Position numbers and translations under genes: made by a program. A DNA stretch of 46,114 nucleotides. Origin: Elusimicrobiota bacterium. Its GTDB lineage: Bacteria > CG03 > SLGR01 > JBDRKX01. Position 1 is the stretch's first letter, and the number at the start of each line of letters is the position of its first letter. The DNA lies in assembly GCA_043813605.1 (NCBI GenBank), contig JBDRKX010000013.1:1-46114 (forward strand), given 5' to 3'. The notes under the pieces were generated by a model that was not told the DNA's origin, made no database searches, and worked only from the letters and a program-made list of their open reading frames with translations. This document shows, piece after piece, positions 26,401 through 38,400 of the stretch.

Positions 26401-29400
26401 ATATGCTGGAGTACCAGCCCTATGTCGATCTTGAAAAAGGCGAGCCTGTGATCATCGATTTCGGTATCGGTGAAGGTGCCGTCACAACACTTGAACTGGC
26501 AGAAAAGCTCTCACAAATCAATAAAAACGCAAGGGTGATGGGTTATGATATGGAAGACCTGCCTGACAGGCAAAAACATGAAAAAGAACATCCTAATTTC
26601 CGGTTTATAAAATCAAAGACCAGGCACGGGTTCAGGATACCGGTAAAAGACGCGGATATTATTAGATGCTGCAATGTGCTTCTTCCCGACTATTATTCTG
26701 CGCAGTACCATTATCCGGCTATAATCCAGATGGGCGAGAGCCTCAGGCAAGGCGGGATACTGATGGCGGGGAGTGCGGCTTCAAACGGGAAAAACGGTAT
26801 ATTCCGGGTTTACCAGAAGATAAACGGGGAAATGGTATTGATAGACAGGGTATCTTTTGAAGAAAACCTGCATTCGAGACTGCAGTTAACGCAACAGTTT
26901 ATGCATGAACCGGGAGAAGATACAATATTCGAGAAAATGGAGTATGCATACAAATCTTCCGGGTTCAGTCTGAATAAGGAAGCGAGGTCTGCGCTTGCCG
27001 ATCAGGTCAACAGGATATACGGCGACAGGTTCCACGCTTTTTATGAAAAGGAAGCCGGGTTCTTTATCGTGAGGGAAAAACAGGCTTGGGGAAAAGTCTT
27101 ACTGGAAAAGGTGGAAAAAATGGATAAAACAGGAATGCTGCGTACCGGTGAGATAGCATTCGGTATGAAAATCCCCGGAGTCATTATGGGCGCGCTGAAC
27201 AACCTGATGAAGTCCATGGCTGATACAGAGCTGGTGAAAGCCTTGATAGGCCTGATCAAAGACGCGCAAACAGCGTTTATTATGCTTCTAAAGGGACCGT
27301 CGGAAGAATACCTGCTGGATGAAAAAGAAATAACCGCAAAAGGTTATGGCGATATGGTCGGTGTTCTGAAGAAAATGGGATTCAAAGATGTTCAGGTGAG
27401 TAAACAGGATCTGAAACTGCTCCTTCATGAAGAAGATGTATACGGACTTGCGACTACAGAAGTCATTAAAGAAGAAAAGATCCTGATCATACATGAATCG
27501 ATACTTGAGGCGCTCAAAACCCGCGGGTCTCCGGAAATCGCAATTCTCATGCTCCAGCTGCTTGCTGAGCATGAACTGGATGAATACTCCGCTTTAAAAG
27601 AAAAGACCAGCCGGATATATGAGGATTTCAGCAAATATCTTACCGAACATAAACTTGATACGGAAAAAGACAGGACCTCTGAGAATTTTCACGAATACCT
27701 GAAAGATACGGGATCGGACCAGGCAGCTTTATTTATATTTAAGAACGAAGAGATAAAGATACCTGTTTCCAGGGATATAAAAGTATCGGAAAAAGACCTG
27801 GATGAAGCGGTATCTGTTATTGAAAACAAATTTGAGAAAGACGATCCGGAGAAAAAAGGCTATATGACGGCGGCGGCATCCCGGATAAAACAGCATATAA
27901 AAGAAACAAAGATGATGCCGGGAACTTCGCATGTGCTTGATATAATAACGGCAGTAGAAAAAGAAAGAAAAGTCAGTTTCAAGCCGGGAGATACCTTTAC
28001 CCTGTTCAAAGTGGCGCTTTCGGGACTGGTGCCGCTGCCGGAAAAATTCTGGGAGAGTGAAGTGAACCGTATGGGGGTTATTTTCTCTCTTATGGCCAGT
28101 TCAGGCATACAGTCCGCGCAGCTTCTGAACAAGGAGTTCCTGGAACCATTATCAAAACAGCTCAAGATGGAAGACCTTTTTGATAAATACCCGATAGAAG
28201 ATGTTATTAACGAGGCCAGGAAACACGAGAATTTTCACATGCTGGTCCGCCCCGCGATTATGCAGCTTACGGACGGCAAGAAAGTCAAGAAAGAGTTCAG
28301 TAAATTTTACAATAGCATATTCAAGGCCAATAACCTTAAACCCAAAGATATTGCGGAGAGTTATTACCGCTCTGTCTGTATTAATCATATTGTTTCCATA
28401 GCGCTGAAAAACCTGGAAACCGCGCAAAACATCGTTGATTCAGGACTCCTGTATGAATTCTGGGACAGCAAAGAGTACACCTCAAGATTCTTTTCTGCCG
28501 CTGAGATACTTGCTGAGAACAATGTTGACCCGGAAGGGAACTTAGTGCTGGAAGGTGATTGGAAAGAGATAATGAAGGACTTCTGTGATGAAGACGGCCG
28601 GGCCGATTTAGGAAAGATCATATCAGATGTGACAAAATACCAGCTATTCTTTTCGCTCATAAGGCTGGATGCCGGATTGAGCCGGAAGATAACAGAAAGT
28701 GTTCCTCCAATGACTGTTTTCGGGGATGAAGGAAAAACTGAGAGATTCTCAAGAATAGTTTATATGATCGGTTTCTTTAAACTCTCAAATAAGGTCCTGC
28801 CTTTGATACTTGCGGAAAAACTCCGGGACATACTTGAGAACGATATATATTTCAATAATTTCGATAAATTTCATGAAGTTGATTTTGCAAAGTCATTTTT
28901 TGCGGATATATTCGATTCAAACGGCAGGGTAAAAGAGGTTTATCTTAAGAACGGCAACCTGAAGAATTACATTGTAAATGAAAATGAATTTGATATGGAT
29001 AAACTGTTTTCTCAGAAAGACAGTCTGCTGCTGTTCATTGCTCAGATAATAGCAAGTTTTCATAGTTCAGATTTTGCCAGGAAACTCCTGGATGAGAATT
29101 TCTTTTTCAAGAACCGGGAAGCAATAAACAAAGATCCCAGGGGTTTTATCACAAAGTTATCATTGATCTCTAAGATCGCCAAGAACAACATGGAACTCGG
29201 ACTTCTGGCCGTCAACAAGTATATTGATGATAAGGAAACACTGGATAAGCTTATCACGGTTTCCATAATCATGAATTCCATTGTCAGTCAGGGCCTTACG
29301 CTTAAGGATGGGCTTGAAGAGACATTCTCTCATTTTGCGAAAGGCAAACGGCTCGATATAGAAAAGATAATATCTGGTGAAGCGGCAATGGAAACCTTTG

Positions 29401-32400
29401 TCACTCTTGTAAGGCTTAACAGCAGAAACCGCAAGCTGGCAAAATACATATCAAAAGACAGAATTTTCAAGAAGATAATAGCCGAGGAAGAATATGCTGA
29501 TAATTTTGCTCATAACTATAAAGAATTAAACGAGGTAATGGATGCGGACGGGCGTCTTATCCGTTACAGGGCTATACTCGATAAGTATGCGGATACTTCC
29601 GGCCGTGTCAGCATTCCTGATGTAGTTTCTGATAAAAAACAATCCCTGATATTCAAGTATCTTGTTACCATCGCCGGACAGAATATACCTGCAGCCCGTT
29701 TCCTGATGGACAGCGGCGTACTTGAAAAAGCCGAAAACATCAAGGAACTGGTCCCTGTAATGGATGAAGTATTGCGGTCAATTGTGGAAACTATAAACCA
29801 TGCCGGTGAAGTGAAGGAAAAATACAGAGACATACTTGAAGATTTTATACCTGAAGGTACAGTGTCACTTGATATAGAAAAGATACTTACAGACAGGAAA
29901 AATGCGGCGCTGTTTGCTTCCATGGTCAGGCTGGCAAACATAAAAGGAGAGGAAGCATCAGAGATAATAAAACCGTTGAAAGATGATCTCATTAAAAGCG
30001 ATGCCGTATTCAGGTTCCTGAATATAGTGGACATCTATAAAACAGCAAATGTCCCTGAAGGCGAGATGCGGATGATCCTGGATAATATCAATGATAATGT
30101 GAGCACTATAACCGCCGAATTCGAAAAACTGGGGTTATACATGCCGGGATACATAATGCAGGTCAAACAGCAGGTAGTAAACCTGGTTACAAAAAAGAAG
30201 GATCTTGCCGAGAACTTTAACCGTGCATCGAAGATATTACAGGAACTTTTCGGCAGAAAAGGCGTTATAAGTAAAGACGGAGTAGTACGTGAAGATCTGA
30301 GGAAAGTCCTTGCAGGATATGTAGACGGGGAGGGCCGGCTGTTGATGCATAACATCATAAGCAGCCGGGCGAATCTCTTAAAATTTGAGTCGTTCGTGAA
30401 GGTGGGAATAGTAGACATAAGTATTGCAGAGAAACTGAAGAAATACATGCTGGTAGAGAAATATCTCAGTTCGGATCTTCAGAAGATCAACTGGTTGTGG
30501 GAGGATATAAGAAAAAGTTATGTAGAGAGCTGCGTTAATATGACTGTTGCCAGTCCCGCGCTGTTTATGGAGCTTATAGAGAAAGGCTATATGAAGGATA
30601 TACTCGGCGATATACAGCGTATGTCGAATCTTAAGATCATGTCCGGGTGGCTCAGTAATCAAAGACGGCTTCTGCAGAAAGATGGGAAATTCAATCCTAT
30701 ATATTCGGACATATTCAGGGGGTTCCTGGATGAAAAGGGCGTTCTTAAACTGCATCAGGTAGTAAAAAGTGAAGCGGCGCTCTATACTTTTGTCGGATTG
30801 ATCAAGATAACCCAGCTGAATTCTGCTGACGCGGTGATAGACCTGGATATGGCGAGATGGCTGGTGGCCCAGCCGGTTTACAGGGAGATACTGCAAAATG
30901 ATGAGATGGCACTGAACTTCCTGCTCTTTACGGGTCAGGGCCGTATGCGCCAGATCTTCAATACAGAATGGACAGTAAAGGAAGATTTCAGAAAGACACT
31001 GAAAAGGTTTATTAATACGGACGGAAGACTCCGGTTCAATACGGTTCTGAAAAACAGGGCGATGACCAGGACGATGATGGGATTGATGAGTATTGCCCCG
31101 TTCAATACCGGGCTTGCTGAATATGTCAGCAGTGATAAATACCTGGGAAAAATACTTGAAGACAGAGAGCTTGCAGAGAAGTTCTATGATATAGCTTCGA
31201 CCTTTGAATTTCTGCTTAAAGAAGACGGATCGCTGCGCAGGTTCAGCGAATATTACGGTAATTTCAGTGATGGTAAAGGAGGTCTTGATCTGTCAGCTGT
31301 ACTTGAGAATAAGCCGGCGATGGCTGCTTTTAAGACATTGTTTGCATGGATGCTGAATAATCCGGAATTCATTGATTTCTTGAGCTCCCGCGGGATGTTA
31401 GATGAGATGTTCCGGGATGAATCAGTCGCTTCTTCCATGGAAGAATTATGGAAACTGGGTTACAAGATAGATTCGAAAGGAAAGGTGTCGGGAGGCTGGG
31501 AAGCTATCGCTAAACCGTATCTTGATGAAGAAGGCATACTTGATCTTTCCAGGATATCGGGAAACAGGGATGAACTGATGTATTTTAAGGGGCTGACCAT
31601 GCTTGCCAAGACCGACAGATCATTCGCGCGGGAAGTGGATGAAGCGGGAACCCTGCGAAAAGCTTTTATCCGCTCACTCCTGAAAGAACCTGAGTACCTG
31701 GAAAACAAATTCAGTACAAACTCTGAAATAATAGCAAAGAGGGGTAAGGATTTTATCCTGTTTATGATAGTATTGAGCAAGATATTCCAGCATACGCCGG
31801 AATTCGCCAGGCTCATTCTTAAAAATGAAATACTTGTTGAAGCTATAATGAGTAACCCGGATATGCTGAACAGCCTTTTTATCATGCGGAAATCACTGGA
31901 AAAGGTAACAAACAAAGACGGCAGTGTTAAGAATATCTACAAAAAAGGGCTTGCAAGGTTCCTTACTGATGACGGCGCCCTTGTTATCCCGGGCAATATG
32001 TCAGAAGCAAAACTGTTCAACGTAATGGCTGACGGGCTGCTTATCAATAAAAAATTCATAGAAAGAATATCCGGCAGCAGGATCATGGAAGATCTGGCAC
32101 ATGATATAAGACTTACTGACAGGTTTATAGAGGTACTGCCGTCGGTCCTGCGTATATTAAATGCAGAAGGCGCGGCAAAGGCCAAATATAAGCGGTTTTT
32201 AGGACGGTATTTCAAGGATAACAAACTTAGCCTCTCAATAATAATAGAAAATGAGATAAACGAAAAAATATTTTTAATACTTAATAACATAGAGAAAGAA
32301 AACAAAAAATTTGCAGAAAAGTTTGCTGATAGCGATATAATAAAAGAAATGATCGATGGCCGCGATAACAGGGTGGACGATCTGCTCGGAGTCTCCGGGC

Positions 32401-35400
32401 GTATAAGCAGGATAGTCGATGAAAACGGAAAAGTTAATCTCACGGGTTTGGATTATTACACTGATCAGGACGGGAAACCCGACTGGGACAAGATCATAGG
32501 TTCCGATATGAAACTTCTGCTTTTTGATTCAATTTCAGATCTTGCGCTCAGGGATAAGAAATACTCGAAATCGGTGATGCCCGCACTTAACAAGGTTGTT
32601 TCGGATTGGGATAAAGTACTTGAATCCCGCAAATCAGTCATAGGTTTTAAATATTCAATAGCTCCTGTGCTCCACGAATGGTATGATACGAATCCCGGTA
32701 TTATGGAAGCCATGCCTGTGATGATCGAGAATATTTATGATTTCAGCCAGTTGAGGAAAGGATTCAAGTATCTTTCACTCGATAAGGAAACTGCTGAGCG
32801 GTTGTTTAAACATTTGAACAGGATCAGGCGTTCTCCTCCGGAAAGAGACGCTTTTCAGTCGGCCTATACGATTTTCATTGAAACAATAAGTAATAAAGCC
32901 GTAAAAGAAGAACAGGTAAAGAAACTATTGTTTAAACTGCTGAGTTCGGCTAATCCTTCGGATTACTATTCATTTATGAACTATGATCTGGCAGAAGCGA
33001 TAAGAGATAACTATAATTCTCAAAATCCTGAAGCACCTTTGATCCGGGCCGATTGGAAAGATATCCTGATACTCGGTACGGTAGGCTGGAATGTCCCGGA
33101 AGATACAAGGTACACGCTCAGTACCGAAAAGACCGTGGAAAGGGTAAAAAAGATAATGGCAGATCTCGGGACAGATACTAATAGTGCAGGGGATTTCTTA
33201 CTCGGATTGACATACGCTATGAATATGAGGTTCTATTCTCCAGCTACAGCTGAAAAATTCCCGGAAGGATTCCACAGGATGCATGAGTTCGGAGCATGGC
33301 CCTGGAATAACGGGTTCTACTTCAAGGGTTTTATAGGCGGTAATCTGATGGCTCTTCCGTCAGAGATAGGTCATGCTGTCGGATACGTGCTCGATCCCGA
33401 TATCGATCTTATAATGAACAGAGAGATACAGGACCGCCTTGGCGGAGCCAGTATTTTAAGGAAAACTGCTTACCTCGCTTTTGAGAACGCATCGGAATAC
33501 GTAGTGCAGGTAAACAAGTTCGGACAAAGCATTATCGGAAAATGGGTAGCCGGAGACCTTAAGAGCGCTGACGAAAAAGAAGTGAGCGAGATCATCAAAA
33601 AGCAGCTCAGCGCAGGGAGATTTAAAGGACTGATCCTGGCAAAAACCCGTGCCCGTAAGAAGAAAGCGCCAAAAGCCGTACTGTCACTTCTTACACCGTC
33701 AGAAATATATACTATAGGCAGAAAAACAGCTGAAAAAGAGCTCTCTCTGGATGACGCTGTACTCGATTTCAGAAGGTCTTTCATAGAAAATGTGAGGAAA
33801 AGAGTTAAGATCCAGATAGACCATGCTGTAGGTATAGTGGCGACATCCTCCGTACACATGGAAGGAATAAAAGACGTAACGCTTAAACCTTATGAGGCTT
33901 ACAACGAGATACACGAGATGGCTGAAAGGATAAGCCAGGACGTGTTTGTCACGCTCGTGACCGTGCTCAGGGATTCCGGCATAGACATCAACATCCTGCC
34001 GTTTATAAATGCAAAAGCGATGGAATGGATACTCACTACAGTTGACCAGAAAGACGAAGATGACTGGCGTTCGGTAATAGAGCTTCTGGAGAAGATAGAT
34101 AATAAGATGGTTAAAGACTGGGCCGAAGAACTTGTGGATGAAGGCATAGTAACCGAAGATAAGACAGTGCCTGTTAAGGAAATGTCTTTTGATGATATTA
34201 TTGAAAAAGCCGAGAAGAGCGGTGTGCTCTATTCCGCGAAATATGCTTCACAATTATGGAAAGTATTCAGAAAAATGTCTTCCGGGGATCTGATCCAGAA
34301 ACTACACATGTTACTTACAGGAAAAACAAGAAGAAAAGAAACAATAGACCTGAATAAAGCTGTCGTGGAAAGAGTGTCGTCTGATGACTGGGATTCCATC
34401 AAAGATGCGGTAATGGAGCTCGATGAATTATTCAACAAAGAAATGAGGTCTACTGAAGAAGACCTTTTACAGATCCTTGATGACACTGAATCTATATTTC
34501 TTGTATTGCGTCATAATGGAAGGATCATAGGCTGTCTCTTTGGCAGGCCGCTCGAACGCTATGTTCCCGGTGCCGCGAAAAGGCTGCCTGATAATATCAG
34601 TTTTTCTGATCTGGATATAGAGAATACGGTGCGTTTTACCGGGATAATGATCAATCCCGGGTTCATCGGCAGAGGTGTCGCAAAGAAACTGCGCCAGGAA
34701 TTTATAAAGGTTGCCGGTAAAAAATATAAATACATGACTGCATTCTTCAGGGATGGAGTTTCTGCAGAACTCGAAAAACAGGATGAAATAGCATATAGGG
34801 TTTTAGGCAGAAAAGAGAATCACTATGATACCGGTATGACCTATGAGTTCTCACTGGCAGATATATCCGGGCTTGCAGATACCGGACTGGGCGAGTTCCC
34901 CGTAAAATTCTCCTGGGTGTTTTCCGAAGCTTTTATTAATATGTTCGATCTCAGGCCGCCTGTAACGGATGAAGAAGAAGAACATTACAAGGGTCTGATA
35001 AGGGGGACTCTTATTGAGAATAACCATCTGTATCTTAAAGAACTGCTGATCAATGCGGGCATTGATATTGAAACGGTTAAAATAAAACAGATCAAAGTAG
35101 ATCCTTTACCGGACAGGCTGGATGCCAGCGGCTGGTATGTCTGGAAGACTGATATTGAAATGACTGACGGCAGGATCCTGGAAACGGTCTGCAAGATAGC
35201 GCGCGGTGTTTACGGTGCGACAGAACATAGTGTCCCTGTAGATGTGAGCGATGAACTTAAAGCTCATAAAGTACTCAGCGGTAAGGGAATAGTACCCGAA
35301 CTGTATCTGTATCAACAGTATAAGGGCGAACATGTTATTTTTGCTGAATATATCCCAAGCGGTGACAGTTCTTTAACTGATCATGAAATACTGGCAGAGA

Positions 35401-38400
35401 AGATATTCTTAACATGGTACTATTCATCAGACAATCCCAAAGAAAGATGGATATTCCAGGACGGAGAGGATATCGCCAGGGGAAATATCAGGTTTTTCAG
35501 GGCCGCTGATGGAAAAATCGATGCGCGTATTGTTGATACAGGAAATCATATAAATATATCCGATATAAATGAAGTAAGGGACCATTTACTAAAACTAGGT
35601 TACGAAAAACAGGCAGTAGAAAAGGCCATAAAAAAGGTACTGAAACAGGATACGGCTTTCGGGAAGAATATTGCGTTACTGGTACAAAAGGCTATCGAGA
35701 TGCTAAGTGCCGTTACATCAGGATCCGGTCTGATAACCGAGCTGTTAAATGCGGCAGGTAATTCGCTGGCAGTCCTTCTTAAAGGAAAGGAAGAGGAATA
35801 TATACTCGATATTCAGGAGATAGGCGAAAAAGACTTTTCTGAGAAAATAAGGTTCCTGGAAACGGCAAGCGGTTTGAAAGTAAAAATAAGCAAGCAGGAT
35901 ATCAAACTTGTACTGCAGAACAAAGATGTTTACGGCCTGGCAACTATAGAAGATATAGACCAGAAGAAAGTACTGATAATACATGAATCAATACTCGAAT
36001 CATTAAAATCGAGAGCCCCTCCACAATGGCAGAAGTTACTTAGATTACTCGTCCGGCACGAGCTGGATGAGTATACCTACCTTAAAACAGCTCCATTCAA
36101 TACTTCAGAGGATTTCCATAATTACCTAAAAGTTGTTAATTCCGAACAGCTTGAAATATTCAAACTCAAAGACGCGATACTGCGTTCGCAGTTGAGCCAG
36201 AAACAGCTTGTAGAATATATCAATGACAGGAATATAGCTCCGGTTGACCGGCTGGATGCACTCAGGGACCTGAAATCAATGACCGAACCTGATAAGAAAC
36301 CGCCGTTTCTGAATAATTTTCATATACATACGTTCTATTCCGATTCCGATGGTAAGCAGTCGCCTGCGCTGGCGGTCTATTACGCATGGAAAAACGGGCT
36401 GGAAAAGATAGCTATCACGGACCATTACAATATAAAAATAAAAGGTATTACCAGTATAACCATCTGTAAAAACCTCAACGAGTGTCTGGCTGAAGCGATA
36501 GAGGCAGGCAGGATACTCGGAATAGAAGTAATACCGGGCGTGGAGATCAGGACATACGGGAAAGACGGTAATAAAGATAATCAGCGGGATATACTCGTTT
36601 ATTTCCCGGACGAGGATATAAAGGATCTTGATCTTGACGGCAAGCTGGACGGAATGGATGAATTTCCGAGAGTAGACAGAGTGCTTGACTGGGCAAATAA
36701 AAACGGCGGTATCGCGGTATATGCGCATCCTGAAAGATTTAACAAAGGACTTGAGTCAGACCAACAGCTGGAAGAGCTCATAGCGCTCGGACTGAAAGGT
36801 GTCGAGGCATTCCATTACTATAACGATGCAAATATGATGAGATACTATCAGAAATTCGCGAAACGCAATAATATCTTTGCGACGATAGGATCCGATGCCC
36901 ACTGGACGGAAGACGGGAGATGGCAGACCCTATTCCTTAAATCCCGCCAGCAGCCTGAACTCTTCAGCGAGGCGAATGATATTACCGTTATACCGGAAAA
37001 AGAAGGCCTGCTCAGGACAGTAAAAGAAGTAACGGACATTTTCGGATCGCCTGAAGAGTATGTCGAATACCTGGTGCTGCTCAGAAAAGAGATCAGGGAA
37101 GAAGATATCATAATCCTCAACATGCTGCATCAGAAAAAAGCCGGTATGCCCCTTAATATGAGAAGAGGGGTATTTTACAGAAAAGGCCTTGAAGAAACGA
37201 AGGTAACACAGGAGATGACCGATATACTTGATCTTGCCAACGGTAATACGGATAGACTGAAAATAGAGGAGCTTCAATCCAGGATAGGTATAAGTTTCAG
37301 GTCGGAACTGCGTCCGTTCAATGATTTTAACAGCGAGACAGCCGGTTCCCTGACAGATATTGTCATAAAGAAAGCAGCTGACCTTGAATATAGCAGGGAA
37401 GTAGCCGCAAAGACAGTTGCCGCAAGAAAAGATATCGTATCAGCCCCGGTGACAGTAAGGGAACTCACGGAAGGGCGGATCAAACCTGGTCAGGTAAAAG
37501 TCGTTGCAATGGATATGGATGGTACACTTACTCCGATCTACAGGGACGTTAGGCCGGACAATCTTGAGCCTCTCCTTGCGCTTATGGAATCCGGTGTGAG
37601 GGTGGTTATAATCTCAGGAGCCGCGCTGAGTACCATAAACAACCAGTTCATAAGGTTTATCCCGGATGGAAAGAGACATCTTCTCAAAAACCTGGTTCTT
37701 TATACAGAGAACGGTTCAGGTAGATATGTATATGATATGGTGCAAAAAGAGTTCGCCGGACATGTAGATACTTTCGATAAGATTACCGAAGAAAAAATAA
37801 AGGCTGTCATGAGCACCCTTGGAGGCGCCGTAATATCAAGGGCGGGTAAGATAACCGTTTCGATATCTCATCTTGAAAATGTTGAACAGCATGCAGAAAG
37901 GATAAGGAAAAAACTCGATGAAGCAGGTATATACAACGGCCTGATGTATGACAGCACAGGAGGGAGTCTCGGTGTTACATTCAGGGACAAGGGATACGCT
38001 GTAAGGGATACAAAGGCAGACATATTTATAGGAGACAGTTATCATCCGCTGACAGGAAATGACTACCCGGCACTGAAAGCAGAAGATGTTATTCCGGTAG
38101 GAGTTGAGGATTACCGGGAAACAGGCGATCTAATGAAATACCTGGTTTCGGGCGAAATAGCCCCGGAAAGACTTAAGGCAAAGGAAGTAAAACCGAAAAT
38201 ACCGGTCAGCATAGCGGCAGGTCTTTTAAAAGAATTCAGTATACCCGAAAAATACCTGGATATAACCGGCCTGGATTACAATACGCCCGGTGAACTGGAA
38301 AAGAGAATAAACGAAATAGAAGATGCCATATCGGTTATTGAAAAGAGAAAAGGTATACCGGGTTTGAAGATGGCCGTGTCGAGCAGGAACGCCATACTTA

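Noticed and set aside
28400..32600. EF-hand calcium-binding repeats
   Set aside because: The DxxG turns lack the full DxDxDG..I...E 12-residue loop pattern
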